Shown here: positions 54,401-60,564 of the stretch, one piece after another
Layout of the letters: each line of letters begins with the position of its first letter
How positions within the stretch are numbered: the stretch's first letter is position 1
DNA from: an uncultured virus (IMG/VR IMGVR_UViG_3300028832_000009)
Lineage: Duplodnaviria; Heunggongvirae; Uroviricota; Caudoviricetes
Length of the DNA stretch: 64,000 nucleotides
Virus record (IMG/VR): IMGVR_UViG_3300028832_000009
Strand: one strand, 5' to 3'
Notes under the pieces: model-generated
Told to the model about the DNA's origin: nothing
Seen by the model: the letters and a program-made list of their open reading frames with translations, nothing else
Database searches by the model: none
Program-made: the position numbers and the translations under genes

Positions 54401-54988
54401 CTTGAGCCAGGCGACATCCTCCGCGTTGAGGGTGGGTGACATCTCGTCGATATCGGTAGTCAGCGATGCGTTGCGTGCCTCGTATTCCTTGGCGAACTCC
54501 GCATCCTGCCTGTCCACCTCTCCGGCCATGGCGGCGAGAGTGGCGGCATCCCTACCCACATAGGGGTTGCGTTCCGCGGCTTCGAGGTAGTCCTTCGTGC
54601 TCTCGGGAGCCTGCGCGAACGAGCTGGTCTCGGGTGCTGCGGGTTCCTGCGGCTCGGGCTCCGGCTCCTGCGCCTGTGCCTGCGCCTTCCTCTCTTCTCC
54701 GCGCATCCACCTGCGCGTGCTGCGCGGTGCCTGGGAGAAGGAACTCGTGGCGAGCGGATCGGGGGCTTCCCCTGCAGGGACCTCGGGGGCGTACAGCTTG
54801 GAGGCGAACTCCTCGTAGTCCTTGCCCAAGTCGGAATACCCCGCCTTGGAGAGAAGGTCGTATGCTATCCTGCTGTTCTCCCTGTCCCTGAACAAATCCT
54901 CGGCGCTGTCGCCTATGTCGGTATAGCCCTCCCTCTTGAGAAGGTCATACGCGAGCTGCCGGTTCTGCAAATATCTGTCGTCTGCCAT
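39500..54988 (-). CDS. giant polyvalent virion protein (5162 aa): DdrB-like ParB domain, strawberry-notch SF2 helicase, two zincin motifs, LPD38-like C-terminus
   Basis: WQPKNR...GAPIV...VIQGNGRS; GDMTGVGKGRQ, CDESHN, SATFAK, GATGISLHAS, QIRGRGDRTGQ; HEVIH; HETVGH; VNFNRKG, ATNRDYTGRP. Confidence 0.9.
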   Translation of the reverse strand: MADDRYLQNRQLAYDLLKREGYTDIGDSAEDLFRDRENSRIAYDLLSKAGYSDLGKDYEEFASKLYAPEVPAGEAPDPLATSSFSQAPRSTRRWMRGEERKAQAQAQEPEPEPQEPAAPETSSFAQAPESTKDYLEAAERNPYVGRDAATLAAMAGEVDRQDAEFAKEYEARNASLTTDIDEMSPTLNAEDVAWLKENEGRYKAYKDKKALIANALTQTSEFQGALAGAKDAGNAARERLSAPATAGGRTVYNDRELKNWETVRRLSNITERESKLGDKAELKGVPEDIAVAVRQFAGAAGRMVDENSLTFGLVNALAKSNVREVGDKAGAIITDVLDSFGVKDGAVPEDRQEEVSAAIAEALQNGLTDGEKEVLKAFDRYSYINGVKAASASTYAKAGQAAEQSAEFMLGFILTGGLEKMGARAARNIATKATRQWLSKGAAARGASNIAADLPGAMAKLTARGIKPNLAAKMLADAGVAAERTALLFPRTAEAYADNLILTTGEYKDEHGRLKFDRSRANAALNTALTQYIEYWSEGFGEYFGAGEKALFKSVTKNAPASAIGKTLSDYRGSIGRFLDQGKFNGMFNEMLEEVVGSVFNSTAGWLSGDRLGDKEAMKEFFAGDNLATLFLSFLPMSALSARTNIKAYNAMVNRYDKAVETLKPMVESGAVSQEDLDSLVGDIRNSTPEHIKDRVVEIADKARKAAGGKLPDNFAQSLLGYVEGNLSMNMESDLWDQSSEKRRVVDAYSGTYSFPDLGSAWDIVSAEDAARQAALEAGLDEDDLEKDPFRLAQEAAVIERQGNAEAAEVLTEYAQVKAAAQGLRDGYRKETEDMIDGFSRTVWDASLKNGAVIVAEYEGTPVIVLTDDASVDADGSVSAGGADGLVRIAPASPSADELIVKSGTLRNGDSVNPENFIAQSAASFADQRQVAFEQAVGTISPSGKAAVINGLAGQTILIQDETGSVSPVTIVNTDGRGGVTVRDEGKGGSMNVVSAETLYDMAQKDQDGNVQIYSPQRAEQPAQEEQPQPAEAPAPAEQQPTTDLGDYVGTELSLLVNKSPVQAYVTEVGDGRVYFEYEDADGNGRASSMTEQAFLAALQGAQGGQQEGQEAQPQAPAEEAQQGVLPRTKDGEVDMANMFNVDKETFAQRIPELVDYMNSVLGEYALKEVQKAYTATGEAVKKIQERIDKNSDLAKAPKLYKELAEEKQKKENYGALILAMRPERGQARPAATAAAEPQAPEAPVEGNVPDISDDTPEAAQERGYFIQNGNRVDRAAEDAVAATGADTKISFTKTEVVDAKYGLVDAKRIIPSHVADQENPLHFFAKNWQPKNRNRTDSAVAIQQMANGIRPEEITVGATAYGGAPIVNSRGEVIQGNGRSEALRRAYAQDTAAGYKQWLAEHAEDFGLTKEQVEGMDSPILVRVLSVDDARAEELGKREQKDLESGGDQTFSGKGLAKKIGDRLEEFLNILYGGDLGEDATLSDYINANGQLALNWLNRNGYINDTELQNALETTRSGEVRFTDASVAAFRELSLEPLFQSGTEKVRAGYEKLPNIVKLALQRNVALLSNLEGVIPDIQAALSYYHDFETADPAFQKAKTTEEAWKAIEDWMNNVPLGSDKTEGDLHPNIVARRFAAIFKGAKKAKALTDLFRNIAAAMNGEGGLFGENPEAVDRIGAYTQTNVISEQEANTIQNGQEGNTERGSDSVAGEDVQRGGQVGEGSPASGVESPAENAGDSGQAAEGAESAEEGAVAAGAEESEPAATEEVPETTEPAEPAAPATEGGYGESNTVVTKDQYEELKRRMREKLGQLNAGFDPEVFSIGVQMAAYHIEAGARKFIDFAKRMINDLGDAIRPYLKAIYNGARDLPGMEEFKEEMDSAETVSGIEVADININDNDNGKEDTTDLQQGGQRPGAVPGDTSEGAGGETGTPGTDGDNAGDNSGNAAPGGNQGSDAEEGAGGEQGTLWDDGEPSGTSGNREGHGGRTDVGEGSGRKTPTGKGGRSGNTGTGVVSEGPVGVGRDTGGRTDAIDPEAAATEAEQKAYEQEKKAIQNETDAEKLKARKDELKAGISAITDKHDLSKARMSGQLRAVLEKLRDLFSKSADKSERLTQEKVPYESVSDPSGEHAIGSVVPSGSADAMRNAILRMETEEKEGAADFVRGLEGYKSLDEMFTGDGKDIGLSSEQVDSVALALHQMLGGRMFIVGDMTGVGKGRQGAAIIRWALREKKKILFVTEKPDLFSDMYQDLVDIGSTDHVPFVVNNVPIVDKGKSEEEGNVILKAPGKSVASALYGSESDALPKVKWSGAFKGKQYNVVMMTYSQAQSTSPSAKKKLDWVKQYAKDAIVICDESHNASGESRRGGYFRDIVQNAQGVTFMSATFAKRPDNMVLYALRSSLRDAQMTQEDMIESIQKYGVPMQEILAEGLFRTGEMVRRERDFSDVKIHWDEPKDVFTEEEIKQSRDTYDKTTDIVNSIISMQRQMMDPVIKKMNKEQFEEANKAARKRLETSNEGTKVTIREYTYTPYASQVSNVASLMFYAIKARKAAEMAINQIKEGKKPIIAVDNTLESYIKDIEGEVPSADFAFILNRGLEKSLKYRLKSTVKWINPETHTEETVKEDSSVSELGSFEKIMGNGYSNIIRQSIQNYSQDKEVLPLMLSPIDYIKSEIEKAGYRCGEITGRSWSLRQKADGNWERVPMKIDKTSEITHFNGGSAAAPLDESEVNNAVILNTAGATGISLHASRRFGDQRKRTMIILQPAKDVNVEVQIRGRGDRTGQVARCEYFYIMSPIPAEKKIIMMLKQKLASLDANAVGTEKVSSNKVDANDMDNKYGDEVARQFLIDHPEVNQNLDDPIEKKSGEYEHRDGLLYELLKGAQRMSCKRQELILTELESAYVEQIDYLNQNGINDLATTTMNLNATTVDQAIFIKGKDNESMSVFAHDTNMERVEVDVLKKPLRSPEIYARMRKLGALTEDGKIDPLYGTNIYEASSKYRDEVLRDKEKKNFEAQEQLVEALKVATPKTDDQTEEDYDRAIRNDPSYRELVSTNMDEYNRLDMDLSTQVGRVERAGEYLKPGMPVLVPLTDDLNGQKRYGRFIAFKTAKDGKPKSVRAVFAVTDARAVIEIPVVSKYDIITWIVNNVYGTIGLGSDLREIGGPTYDKNITDETRRTARDEWWDKKVPKQTTRQIRYMITGNILQACGKLGEYKGTITTFTRKDTDTGEVTVDRGMLLAEDFDPENFKIRSAVTKDDVWNGYNGIYDDKTNIEVRRDGDVMVVQYLRPLRSRENLAKNPLMLDEDLKPLLVDNTFIAWTKDTIRATVTEENVEAVLDHLYRNYGFTKETLFIMPDSTERVDAIVYTDKPYEEVLKEFHDKYGNNLDQWDIERQLKQMLDQYKMDVNNEDLKKQIRDFVQARQAYLRKKAAKNDSIRMAWDVLIKDEEIAQATSKERRDSLYAKREAEKEELAVRGVHGNLLHFEAGEVPFDVVEENFNKLNKDKGNAEIAKKVFPLVKKLGLTTIFNEKTPNNVGGHTAGQELTYNWKYMNSDWITDQMKADTFLHEVIHTVTAYAKGCVEYGYEHLISEEMLDIVNQLDGIWRLIKYNQLFQHSTGDGNAYTDYGTTDWYEMMAEAGSNEEFRADLRKMTLGIKVLSGVMSFTNVTDRDDYTGKTQNAEEAVLERLDALIEGFNQHAFTEYFRGTGFGARSYSEINEADNKAQEFKDRKEALHRAKKIGKKAEMVLSLHTFIDDMTDTELLRTNYLLPGNKDLEAEIRKRNLDPHPEMRMRDGEAGATEEAASPAPEENAAASRITDGERRGVDRRLDSMSEILGVPIRQISRDEMPAGHKRDKGYYDTATGEVAICMDNVSDLRDAMATVFHETVGHLGLRRLFGDKFNEAMVGIYSALDSKGRAWVSSYMLNHGLQPGDAGIVRGMEEYLASLAESGDFRTSVWDDIKRAIGRIVDAIFGTDGFLFTDRELNYILRASYEQLKNPDYLSTMEGWAWDTHLKRELGINETDPNRPTDPDGPGTGRLFRDGDSGVAKVDYESEMRDWRNTLVMEHQNADLPVKIGMEKIMQEVGKDKIEENEDYLTRHNLASSRAESQAHEFELFRFTPLLEQLRKVQAKVPVETRGAAGREESYEKILDYLYAVSGIERNDYKNNEIEQRKQEALDLLGEAAAKERLELMKNGTEAQLAKFEQALAEKKAEIESRYEGMKRDWSGLTSLVGRPSDEWREAEDDAKALIARFRSEVGDDAALEELWERIRACTDYSLEHAYRHGLLTREEYERLHGTESEPRMWEYYLPLRGFDEETAEDVYGYDSMVHPNIGSVVVKKMNGRWTKADNPIANILNIAESEIVQGNDNWARQALYRFVLNAGENSLLTQTDAWYEKDPATGQWALAQPRPDETLEKFEARMRAMRENIQPDGTSGTPLAKKGRRGLRLDRIMANKAHANEHLIRLKVGGMDKMIWVNGDPAIAKAVAGLGRAKTMRLIRRASRALSNLFTTYSLDFTARNLIRDTIYSQLALITKEDRPYRHQYRKNWIANFGYGTFAYPMVKLMAEWESGKLQTKPNPTPKEQMFMDFMRDGGQTGYTIINSVSEIKKSIERSMRRAGEDVGKVRIPILGHYAKFVKTLNEGFELLTRFTAYETSRNMGRSGQRSAADAKEISVNFNRKGLQSGKDFLGGTAAYLGATHYFYNAGVQGFDNFLHLFKVNPVKVSAAAGGLVLLGVLTPMLNAALAGLAAGMGDDDGDGDERKKHDWYWNLPEWVRRNSIVLGTGTGYLAIPLAVELRAFYGLGDIAASLLYHKHPARNGFTIGLDAINTAAGILPVNPIEGYTPNGNISDAVLRTVTPDATMFIVDIATNRDYTGRPLKKVNPFSGTVPQSQSAYASTPKALVEACQRLAQTTGIDIAPGVLRDVFRNLGGGFYRVAEDVAKLVAADEERPRRWDDIPFLSGFTGHIDKDRSSSFETSALYDYQRLSEDVVKRLNIAAGTKDITSSMAYDHPENLPKEARVQKILEGEDYVLGKMFRDGMNNEYKMKVRQRDAKDGSYSKGDLYKSREIERKGVEQLKKDWKELLEQLVAMPGKTQEEKDAKAAFSLEVQDAWHKYHSAESDLVDALMEEEYNHVQEKRRNGIPYEPKQPATEKVYERAREIVKNK
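48892..49290 (-). CDS. candidate nested (+1 frame) gene inside the giant gene, 132 aa
   Basis: A-rich leader before ATG; natural-looking acidic protein, while the host frame is a Gly-rich linker. Confidence 0.55.
   Translation of the reverse strand: MEKKTLLIYSREGSDLELYLVIPQKELEERPELLAPTGITPEIIQEMQRRAGIKEVTPKKELEANRALFGTTENRVELQEIVKDTEEEPMSEKDLDERLRQVKEEGLEILAPEWYPKDPSVWDETPVDAQMQ
49726..49902 (-). CDS. candidate nested (+1 frame) gene inside the giant gene, 58 aa
   Basis: cactatacaaaATG; MDKKVTLNEALTQSLEKMSSEGDKWAKEVLQAESNHLQKTQEIADRQLKELKAQKKAQ*. Confidence 0.55.
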   Translation of the reverse strand: MDKKVTLNEALTQSLEKMSSEGDKWAKEVLQAESNHLQKTQEIADRQLKELKAQKKAQ

Positions 54989-54996
54989 TGTCTCTG

Positions 54997-55977
54997 TTAT
55001 TTGAATCCTCCAACCTTAGTGTTCTTGAATCCGCCCACCTTGCCCTTGGTCTCCGCGGGCTTGTCGGACTTGCCTTTCCCCGAGGACTTCGCCGGGGCTT
55101 TCCTCTCGGGGCGTCCCGCGATTATGCTGTCCTCTCCGCCGAGGGATTCGACTATCGCCTTCACCTCATCGTCCGTGGGGTTCCATCCGTCCCCGAAGAG
55201 GTCGTTGCCGAACCCTCCGAGGGTCACGAAACTGCGGAACGAGGGGTATCCGCCCTTGTGGATGCTGTCGCTCTTGATGAGGTCGTAGTAGGCGCGGAGC
55301 GCTATGGTCTTGCGCTTCTCCTTCTCGTCATCGCCTTTCCGGGCGATGTTCTCCGCCACCCTGCGTCCGTAGTCCTGGAGCCGTTCGCTCCTGCGGCGCT
55401 CGTAGTCAGCCACGTTCTCCGCGTGACGGACGTCGCGGTCCATCCGGCGTATGTCGAACGCTGCCTCCTCGCGGCCGAGGTTCCGTATGTCGTTGTCGGC
55501 CTGGAGCACCCTGCTGAACGCGGACAGGTACTGCCTGTCGTCGTTGGGCTGCACTCCCGCGGTCGATCCCCCGGCGGCCCAGCCGAGAGGCTGGACAATG
55601 GCGCGGAGTGCATTCCCGAGAGCATTGAACTGAGCCATACGCACGTCGGACGTGCGCTGCTTCTCAATGTCGCCCCTGCGTTTCGCGAGCATATCCTGGA
55701 ATGCCAGGCGCTCGTTCTCCTTCGCGTCCTGCACCTGCTGGCGCAGCCTGCCGATGTACCCGGCCTGCTGCTCCGCCACGGTGGTTCTTCTGGCAGGGAT
55801 GTTGGTACTCGTGTCCAGTACGGGCAACTTCTCGCTTTCGGGAATGGTTATTTCCTCGTCAGGAATGGTCACTCCCGCGTCGGCGTCGGGCTCCACGCCC
55901 CCGAACACGGAATCCGCGAGAGCGGCCTGCTGTTCGGGAGTGAGGTACCCTGCTATTGATTTGGTGATGCTTCTCAT
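54997..55977 (-). CDS. putative internal virion/ejection protein
   Basis: Helical and R/Q-rich; upstream of the giant gene. Confidence 0.65.
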   Translation of the reverse strand: MRSITKSIAGYLTPEQQAALADSVFGGVEPDADAGVTIPDEEITIPESEKLPVLDTSTNIPARRTTVAEQQAGYIGRLRQQVQDAKENERLAFQDMLAKRRGDIEKQRTSDVRMAQFNALGNALRAIVQPLGWAAGGSTAGVQPNDDRQYLSAFSRVLQADNDIRNLGREEAAFDIRRMDRDVRHAENVADYERRRSERLQDYGRRVAENIARKGDDEKEKRKTIALRAYYDLIKSDSIHKGGYPSFRSFVTLGGFGNDLFGDGWNPTDDEVKAIVESLGGEDSIIAGRPERKAPAKSSGKGKSDKPAETKGKVGGFKNTKVGGFK

Positions 55978-55988
55978 AATTGTCGAGC

Positions 55989-56546
55989 TTATTCTTGTTT
56001 GGCCAGCAAACCTGCCGAGCCGAGCTGCATACCGGCGTTGCCGAGGGCCGTGCCCCACGCCTGCCAGTCCTGTGCCGCCTGGAGGTACTGCCCCTGGATG
56101 TTCGCGGAGTGCTGGAGGTCGAGCTGCATCCGCTGCCTCGCCACCCTGTCCCTGCGCTCGTCCTCTCCTTGAAGGAGTCTGGCATAGGTGCCGCTCATGG
56201 TCTCGTTGCTTGCCTGGCGTGCCGCAAGGCGGTTCTCCGTAGTGGCACCGCCCGCCTCTGCGCGGTTGTCTATAGCCTCGTTGTCCTTCCGCAGCCTCTC
56301 GTCCATCGTCTTGAGCAACGCCCTGTTGCCGGGAGTGGTCGTAGGATCGCGGTAGTATTGTGAATCAAGGAACTCCTTCGCCTCGCCGTATGCCCGGCTT
56401 TCCTCTTTCTTCGCCTTCCTGCGGTTCGCGGCCGCACCTATGGCACCGCCGGCTGCTCCGCCCGCGGCAAGCGCCGTACCCGCTATCAGCAGGGGTATTA
56501 ACGGTACTATGAGGGGCGTGAACATTAACATAATCGCTGTCAGCAT
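55989..56546 (-). CDS. putative ejection (pilot) protein
   Basis: Hydrophobic Gly/Ala N-terminus, coiled coil and Gly-rich C-terminus. Confidence 0.7.
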   Translation of the reverse strand: MLTAIMLMFTPLIVPLIPLLIAGTALAAGGAAGGAIGAAANRRKAKKEESRAYGEAKEFLDSQYYRDPTTTPGNRALLKTMDERLRKDNEAIDNRAEAGGATTENRLAARQASNETMSGTYARLLQGEDERRDRVARQRMQLDLQHSANIQGQYLQAAQDWQAWGTALGNAGMQLGSAGLLAKQE

Positions 56547-56598
56547 ATTCGTTCAATTTTTTTATGGGACCAAGTTACCTATACTTATTTGAAAAATA

Positions 56599-56615
56599 TT
56601 CACAAAATGTGAAAA
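56599..56615. promoter_or_regulatory. palindromic operator TTCACAAAATGTGAAAA, copy 2
   Basis: Identical to 33935-33951; in the second divergent late gap. Confidence 0.7.
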
Positions 56616-56669
56616 AATTCCAAAAAGTTATAGTTAAACTTGCTATCGGATACTGAAATAGCGACTGAT

Positions 56670-57191
56670 ATGGACAAGAATGTAAAGGACAGGATTGCCA
56701 AGCGCAAGATAGCCTACATCTATCTGCTCCACCGGATGTTCGAGAGCAACCCGGCGAAGATGCTGAAGATCCTCGGCATACCCAACACCACGGTCGCGGA
56801 CATCAAGGACTGGGACCTGGATTACCGCGAGGCCGTGTTCGAGACCATCCGCGAGGAAGATTCACACGGGGTGAACGTGGAGGACCCCCAGGACGCCGCG
56901 CCCACCATCAAGAGCATCAAGGACAAGGTGCTGAAGAGGTGCTACGAGCTGATAGAGCAGACCACCGACCCGGCCAAGCTGGCGATGGTATATAAGACGC
57001 TCTCCGAGTTCGAGTCCAGCGACACGGTCAAGGCGAAGAGCGTGATCGACATAATCAGCGAGACCGTCAAGCCCCTCACGCCGAAGAAGAAGGAGAAGCT
57101 GACGATGCTGGAGAGGATGAAGAAGGAGAATCACATCAGCGACTCCGACGACACCTGCTACAGCGATTCTAACGAAGAAAACGAAGATTAG
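56670..57191 (+). CDS. hypothetical protein (possible small terminase subunit or HTH protein)
   Basis: N-terminal HTH-like PAKMLKILGIPNTTVADIKDW; helical. Confidence 0.6.
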   Translation: MDKNVKDRIAKRKIAYIYLLHRMFESNPAKMLKILGIPNTTVADIKDWDLDYREAVFETIREEDSHGVNVEDPQDAAPTIKSIKDKVLKRCYELIEQTTDPAKLAMVYKTLSEFESSDTVKAKSVIDIISETVKPLTPKKKEKLTMLERMKKENHISDSDDTCYSDSNEENED

Positions 57192-57193
57192 CC

Positions 57194-60127
57194 ATGCCTG
57201 TAAGCGAACTGAATTTCAAGGGAATCAACAGGGCCGTTTCCGACTATTCCTCGGACGGATCCTGCGAGGAGCTGACGAACCTGCGCCCCACCACGGGCGG
57301 GCTCGTCCCTGTAAAGCCTTTCGGACGGATGATGGAAACCGTCTATGACAAGATATACGAGCACCGCGTGAGCGACGGCACGAACTACCTTGCCGTGAGG
57401 TACGCCAACGGCACCCTCTCGTGTCACCAGATAGACGACGAGGGGCAGGCCATAGGCGCGGCGCTGTTCATCATAGAGGACCCGCACATCATCTCGATGA
57501 AGTACAGCTTCGCGGCGGTGAGCAACCTCGCGCTGTTCAGCTGCATCGTGGAAGCCTATCCGAGAAACCTCAGCCAGAACATCACCCTCCGCTGGACGGG
57601 GGACGGATACGTCAAGATGGACAGCTGGATGCCGGCCATATCCGCGTCGTTCTCCGTGGATGATTCGTACCTCGGGAACTTCAAGGTTCCGAACTTCACC
57701 CAATCCACGCCGATGACGGAGATCCAGGACATCATCGCCACGGGGTACAACGGACTGCAGGAGAAATACAAGGACTACTGTTTCGGCCAGGCGGTCATCG
57801 CCATAGCGCTCAAGACCGCGGACGGAAAGACCTTCTGGACGGGGCAGTGGATACCCATCAACCCCATACCCGTGTATAAGGACAGCTTCGGCCCGCTGAG
57901 TTCCGCACACTATTTCGTGGACGAGACCTGGTCGGGCGCACAGTACTTCCCCGACTTCGAGAGGGACTTCCCCGACGGAGGCTACTATATAGCGAGGGGT
58001 ACGGCATCGAACAGCTACGTGTACGGAGCGGCCCTGAAAATCCGCATGACCCTGGGGCGCGTCTATGGCTGGTCGGAGGACACTTCCATAGTGAGGAGCG
58101 CGGAGATCTATGTGTCGCGTCCGCAGTTCGTGGCGGACATAAGCAAGAAGGGCGGGCAGATATCGAGCGTGGGGGACGTGGTCGCTCCGGAACTCACTCC
58201 CGACCTGATAGACCTCGGGGGGCAGCTCCTGTACCATCAGAAGAGTATCCCCATGAAGGACCTCGTCCTGGCGGACCAGTCGTTCATCCTGCATTTCGGC
58301 GGGAACATACAGACCACCTCGGAGACACTGCGCGTGGATTCGGGAGCCGTGGCGCACTTCGGTGAGGTTCTGGCATACAACTCGCGCTTCCACATCTACG
58401 GCGGCATCCGCAGGGAGTGGCTGTCCAAGCCGAACTTCTCGGGCATCTATCCCGGTTCGGGAAACGCCTGCAAGATATTCCTGATATACAACGACGGGGA
58501 GAGGAACGTGCCGGTCTATGTAGGCACGGGCATCCACCACACCGACGGACTCATCCTCATAGCCCCTTCCATCCGAGTGAGGGAGGTCTGGGTGACATTC
58601 GCCATCCAGGGGGGCACCGCGACCTACTATAACCTCTACAAGTACGCGATGACCGATTCGGCGAGGTACAACTACACCATAAACACCGAGGGCGCGTACT
58701 ATGCCGAGGCTCCTTCATCCCCTTCGGACGAATACACGGAGCTGGAGACGCTCGCGGAGGACGGCGCGAAGAGTTTCGTGGAGGTGGCCGAGCCGTCCGC
58801 GATCAACGTCAGCGAGCAGTACAACCCGTTCGTGTTCGACGTGAACCACTCCTACCTCGCTCCGGGAAAGATACTGGACATCCTGCCGCAGATGGTGGCG
58901 GTGAGGGACGTGTCCTTCGGGGACTACCCGCTGGACATCTTCACCGACCGTGGCGTGTACGCGCTGCTGCAGGGCACGGGGACGGTGCTCTACGGCGCGT
59001 TCCGTCCGATATCGAACCTCGTGGCGCAGTCCAACGGGGTAGCCACGGAGAACGGCACTTTCTTCCTCGCTGCCGGCGGGCTCTGGCTCGTGGCCGGCGG
59101 GAACTCCGTGCTGGTGAGCGACGCGCTCTCCCTGGGGCCGCACAAGTACATAAGGAACTGTACGGGGTACATAGCCATCTGCCGCGGGCACTACGACACG
59201 TCCGGCACCGAATCGCAGGTGTCCTTCGAGGACTTCGCCGCTGGTGCGTCGCTGTCGTACAACCGCTTCCGGGACGAGCTGATCATAAGCAACCCCACCT
59301 ATTCCTACTCCTACGTCCTCTCGCTGAAGTACCGGCAGTGGTTCAAGATACCCGTGGCCTTGACGCAGGACTCGGTGGGAGACCACATCGCATCCGATCC
59401 GGTCATCACCACGAGGGTATGGGCGTACAAGACCTTCCAGGCTCCCTTCCTCCCGGAAGGTTCCGTCCTGACACTTACCCTGGCCATAGGGGAGGATGCG
59501 TACATCTTCTCCCACACCGTGACCGCGGAAGAGGCGGCGGCGGGCACGGACGCCATATTCGAGCAGTTCCGCCTGGAGTGGCAGGCCCACATCATAGGGA
59601 GTATGCTGCAGGGGTCCGTGATGACCTTCACCAAGGAGGAGCACCAGACATTAGGCACCCTATACACGATCCGCATCGACATAGACGGCCACGACTCCGC
59701 GGGGGACTGCAACGGCACCTTCTCCTACAGGACCACCACCAACAACCTCACCTTCGATTCCGAGTCGGGCAGGGTGACGTACGACCTCTCGGACGAGACG
59801 GAGGGGACGGACATAGCGGTGCACCTGCAGTCGCGTCCCTTCTCCATGGGCGGCGGCCAGTACGGGCACATACACAGGGTGCTGCAGATGGTGCGGGCCT
59901 CGTCGGGAGACCTGACCGTCGCGCTCTACGGCAGCGACAACCTGCAGGACTGGGCGCTGCTCTCCTACGCGAACAGGAGCGGCAAGAAGATAAGCCAGAT
60001 ACGCACCGGCCCTGCGGCGAGGTCGTGGCGGTACTACACGATAACCATCGGCGGGGCAGTGCCCGACGACACGGACTTCGGTCCCACGATGATAGACTTC
60101 GAGCCCGTGAGGAGGCGGATAGGATAG
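57194..60127 (+). CDS. putative tail stabilization/nozzle protein
   Basis: 977 aa, beta-rich; FKGINR..SD...G.CEELTNL, SEQYNPFVF, FGDYPLDIFTDRGVYAL. Confidence 0.7.
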   Translation: MPVSELNFKGINRAVSDYSSDGSCEELTNLRPTTGGLVPVKPFGRMMETVYDKIYEHRVSDGTNYLAVRYANGTLSCHQIDDEGQAIGAALFIIEDPHIISMKYSFAAVSNLALFSCIVEAYPRNLSQNITLRWTGDGYVKMDSWMPAISASFSVDDSYLGNFKVPNFTQSTPMTEIQDIIATGYNGLQEKYKDYCFGQAVIAIALKTADGKTFWTGQWIPINPIPVYKDSFGPLSSAHYFVDETWSGAQYFPDFERDFPDGGYYIARGTASNSYVYGAALKIRMTLGRVYGWSEDTSIVRSAEIYVSRPQFVADISKKGGQISSVGDVVAPELTPDLIDLGGQLLYHQKSIPMKDLVLADQSFILHFGGNIQTTSETLRVDSGAVAHFGEVLAYNSRFHIYGGIRREWLSKPNFSGIYPGSGNACKIFLIYNDGERNVPVYVGTGIHHTDGLILIAPSIRVREVWVTFAIQGGTATYYNLYKYAMTDSARYNYTINTEGAYYAEAPSSPSDEYTELETLAEDGAKSFVEVAEPSAINVSEQYNPFVFDVNHSYLAPGKILDILPQMVAVRDVSFGDYPLDIFTDRGVYALLQGTGTVLYGAFRPISNLVAQSNGVATENGTFFLAAGGLWLVAGGNSVLVSDALSLGPHKYIRNCTGYIAICRGHYDTSGTESQVSFEDFAAGASLSYNRFRDELIISNPTYSYSYVLSLKYRQWFKIPVALTQDSVGDHIASDPVITTRVWAYKTFQAPFLPEGSVLTLTLAIGEDAYIFSHTVTAEEAAAGTDAIFEQFRLEWQAHIIGSMLQGSVMTFTKEEHQTLGTLYTIRIDIDGHDSAGDCNGTFSYRTTTNNLTFDSESGRVTYDLSDETEGTDIAVHLQSRPFSMGGGQYGHIHRVLQMVRASSGDLTVALYGSDNLQDWALLSYANRSGKKISQIRTGPAARSWRYYTITIGGAVPDDTDFGPTMIDFEPVRRRIG

Positions 60128-60130
60128 GAT

Positions 60131-60541
60131 ATGCTCTGCATAGGTATCGACACGGGAGTGCATACGGGGTTCGCCGTATGGGACACGGAGAGGAAGAGGC
60201 TCACGGAGCTGGCCACCCTGAAGATCCACATAGCGATGGAGCGGGTGCAGCGGCTCTCCGTCTCGGACGACATAGTAGTCTATTTCGAGGACGCGAGGCA
60301 GCGGACGTGGTTCGGCAGCGCCGGCAGGGAGCAGCTCCAGGGTGCGGGTTCCGTGAAGAGGGACTGCGGCATCTGGGACGACTTCCTGAAGGACCTGGAG
60401 GTGGAGTATCACGCCATACCCCCGAGGCGCAACGCCACGAAGATGAACGCGGATTTCTTCGCGAAGGTGACCGGCTGGACCGGCAAGACCTCGGAGCACG
60501 CGAGGGATGCGGCGATGCTGGTGTTCAACAGGAAAGGATAG
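60131..60541 (+). CDS. RuvC-like Holliday junction resolvase
   Basis: IGIDTGVHTGFAVWD, VYFED, EHARDAA. Confidence 0.8.
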   Translation: MLCIGIDTGVHTGFAVWDTERKRLTELATLKIHIAMERVQRLSVSDDIVVYFEDARQRTWFGSAGREQLQGAGSVKRDCGIWDDFLKDLEVEYHAIPPRRNATKMNADFFAKVTGWTGKTSEHARDAAMLVFNRKG

Positions 60542-60564
60542 TCACAGTCAAAATCAGTTCAGTC

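Noticed and set aside
34050..54439. Long antisense ORFs (e.g. 34050..35390, 35445..36869, 39599..41500, 43916..45601, 52916..54439)
   Set aside because: They are mirror frames of GC3-rich genes with V/L/H/G-biased composition and no start context, unlike the two same-strand nested ORFs reported
33934..56615. Invertible 22.6-kb segment bounded by the two palindromes
   Set aside because: There is no dedicated invertase, inversion would leave both gaps divergent, and an operator role is simpler
59338..60564. 637-aa ORF 59338..61251 as one protein
   Set aside because: The N-terminal part is an R/G/H-rich shadow frame over the tail and RuvC-like genes; only the part from ATG 60565 looks like a real protein
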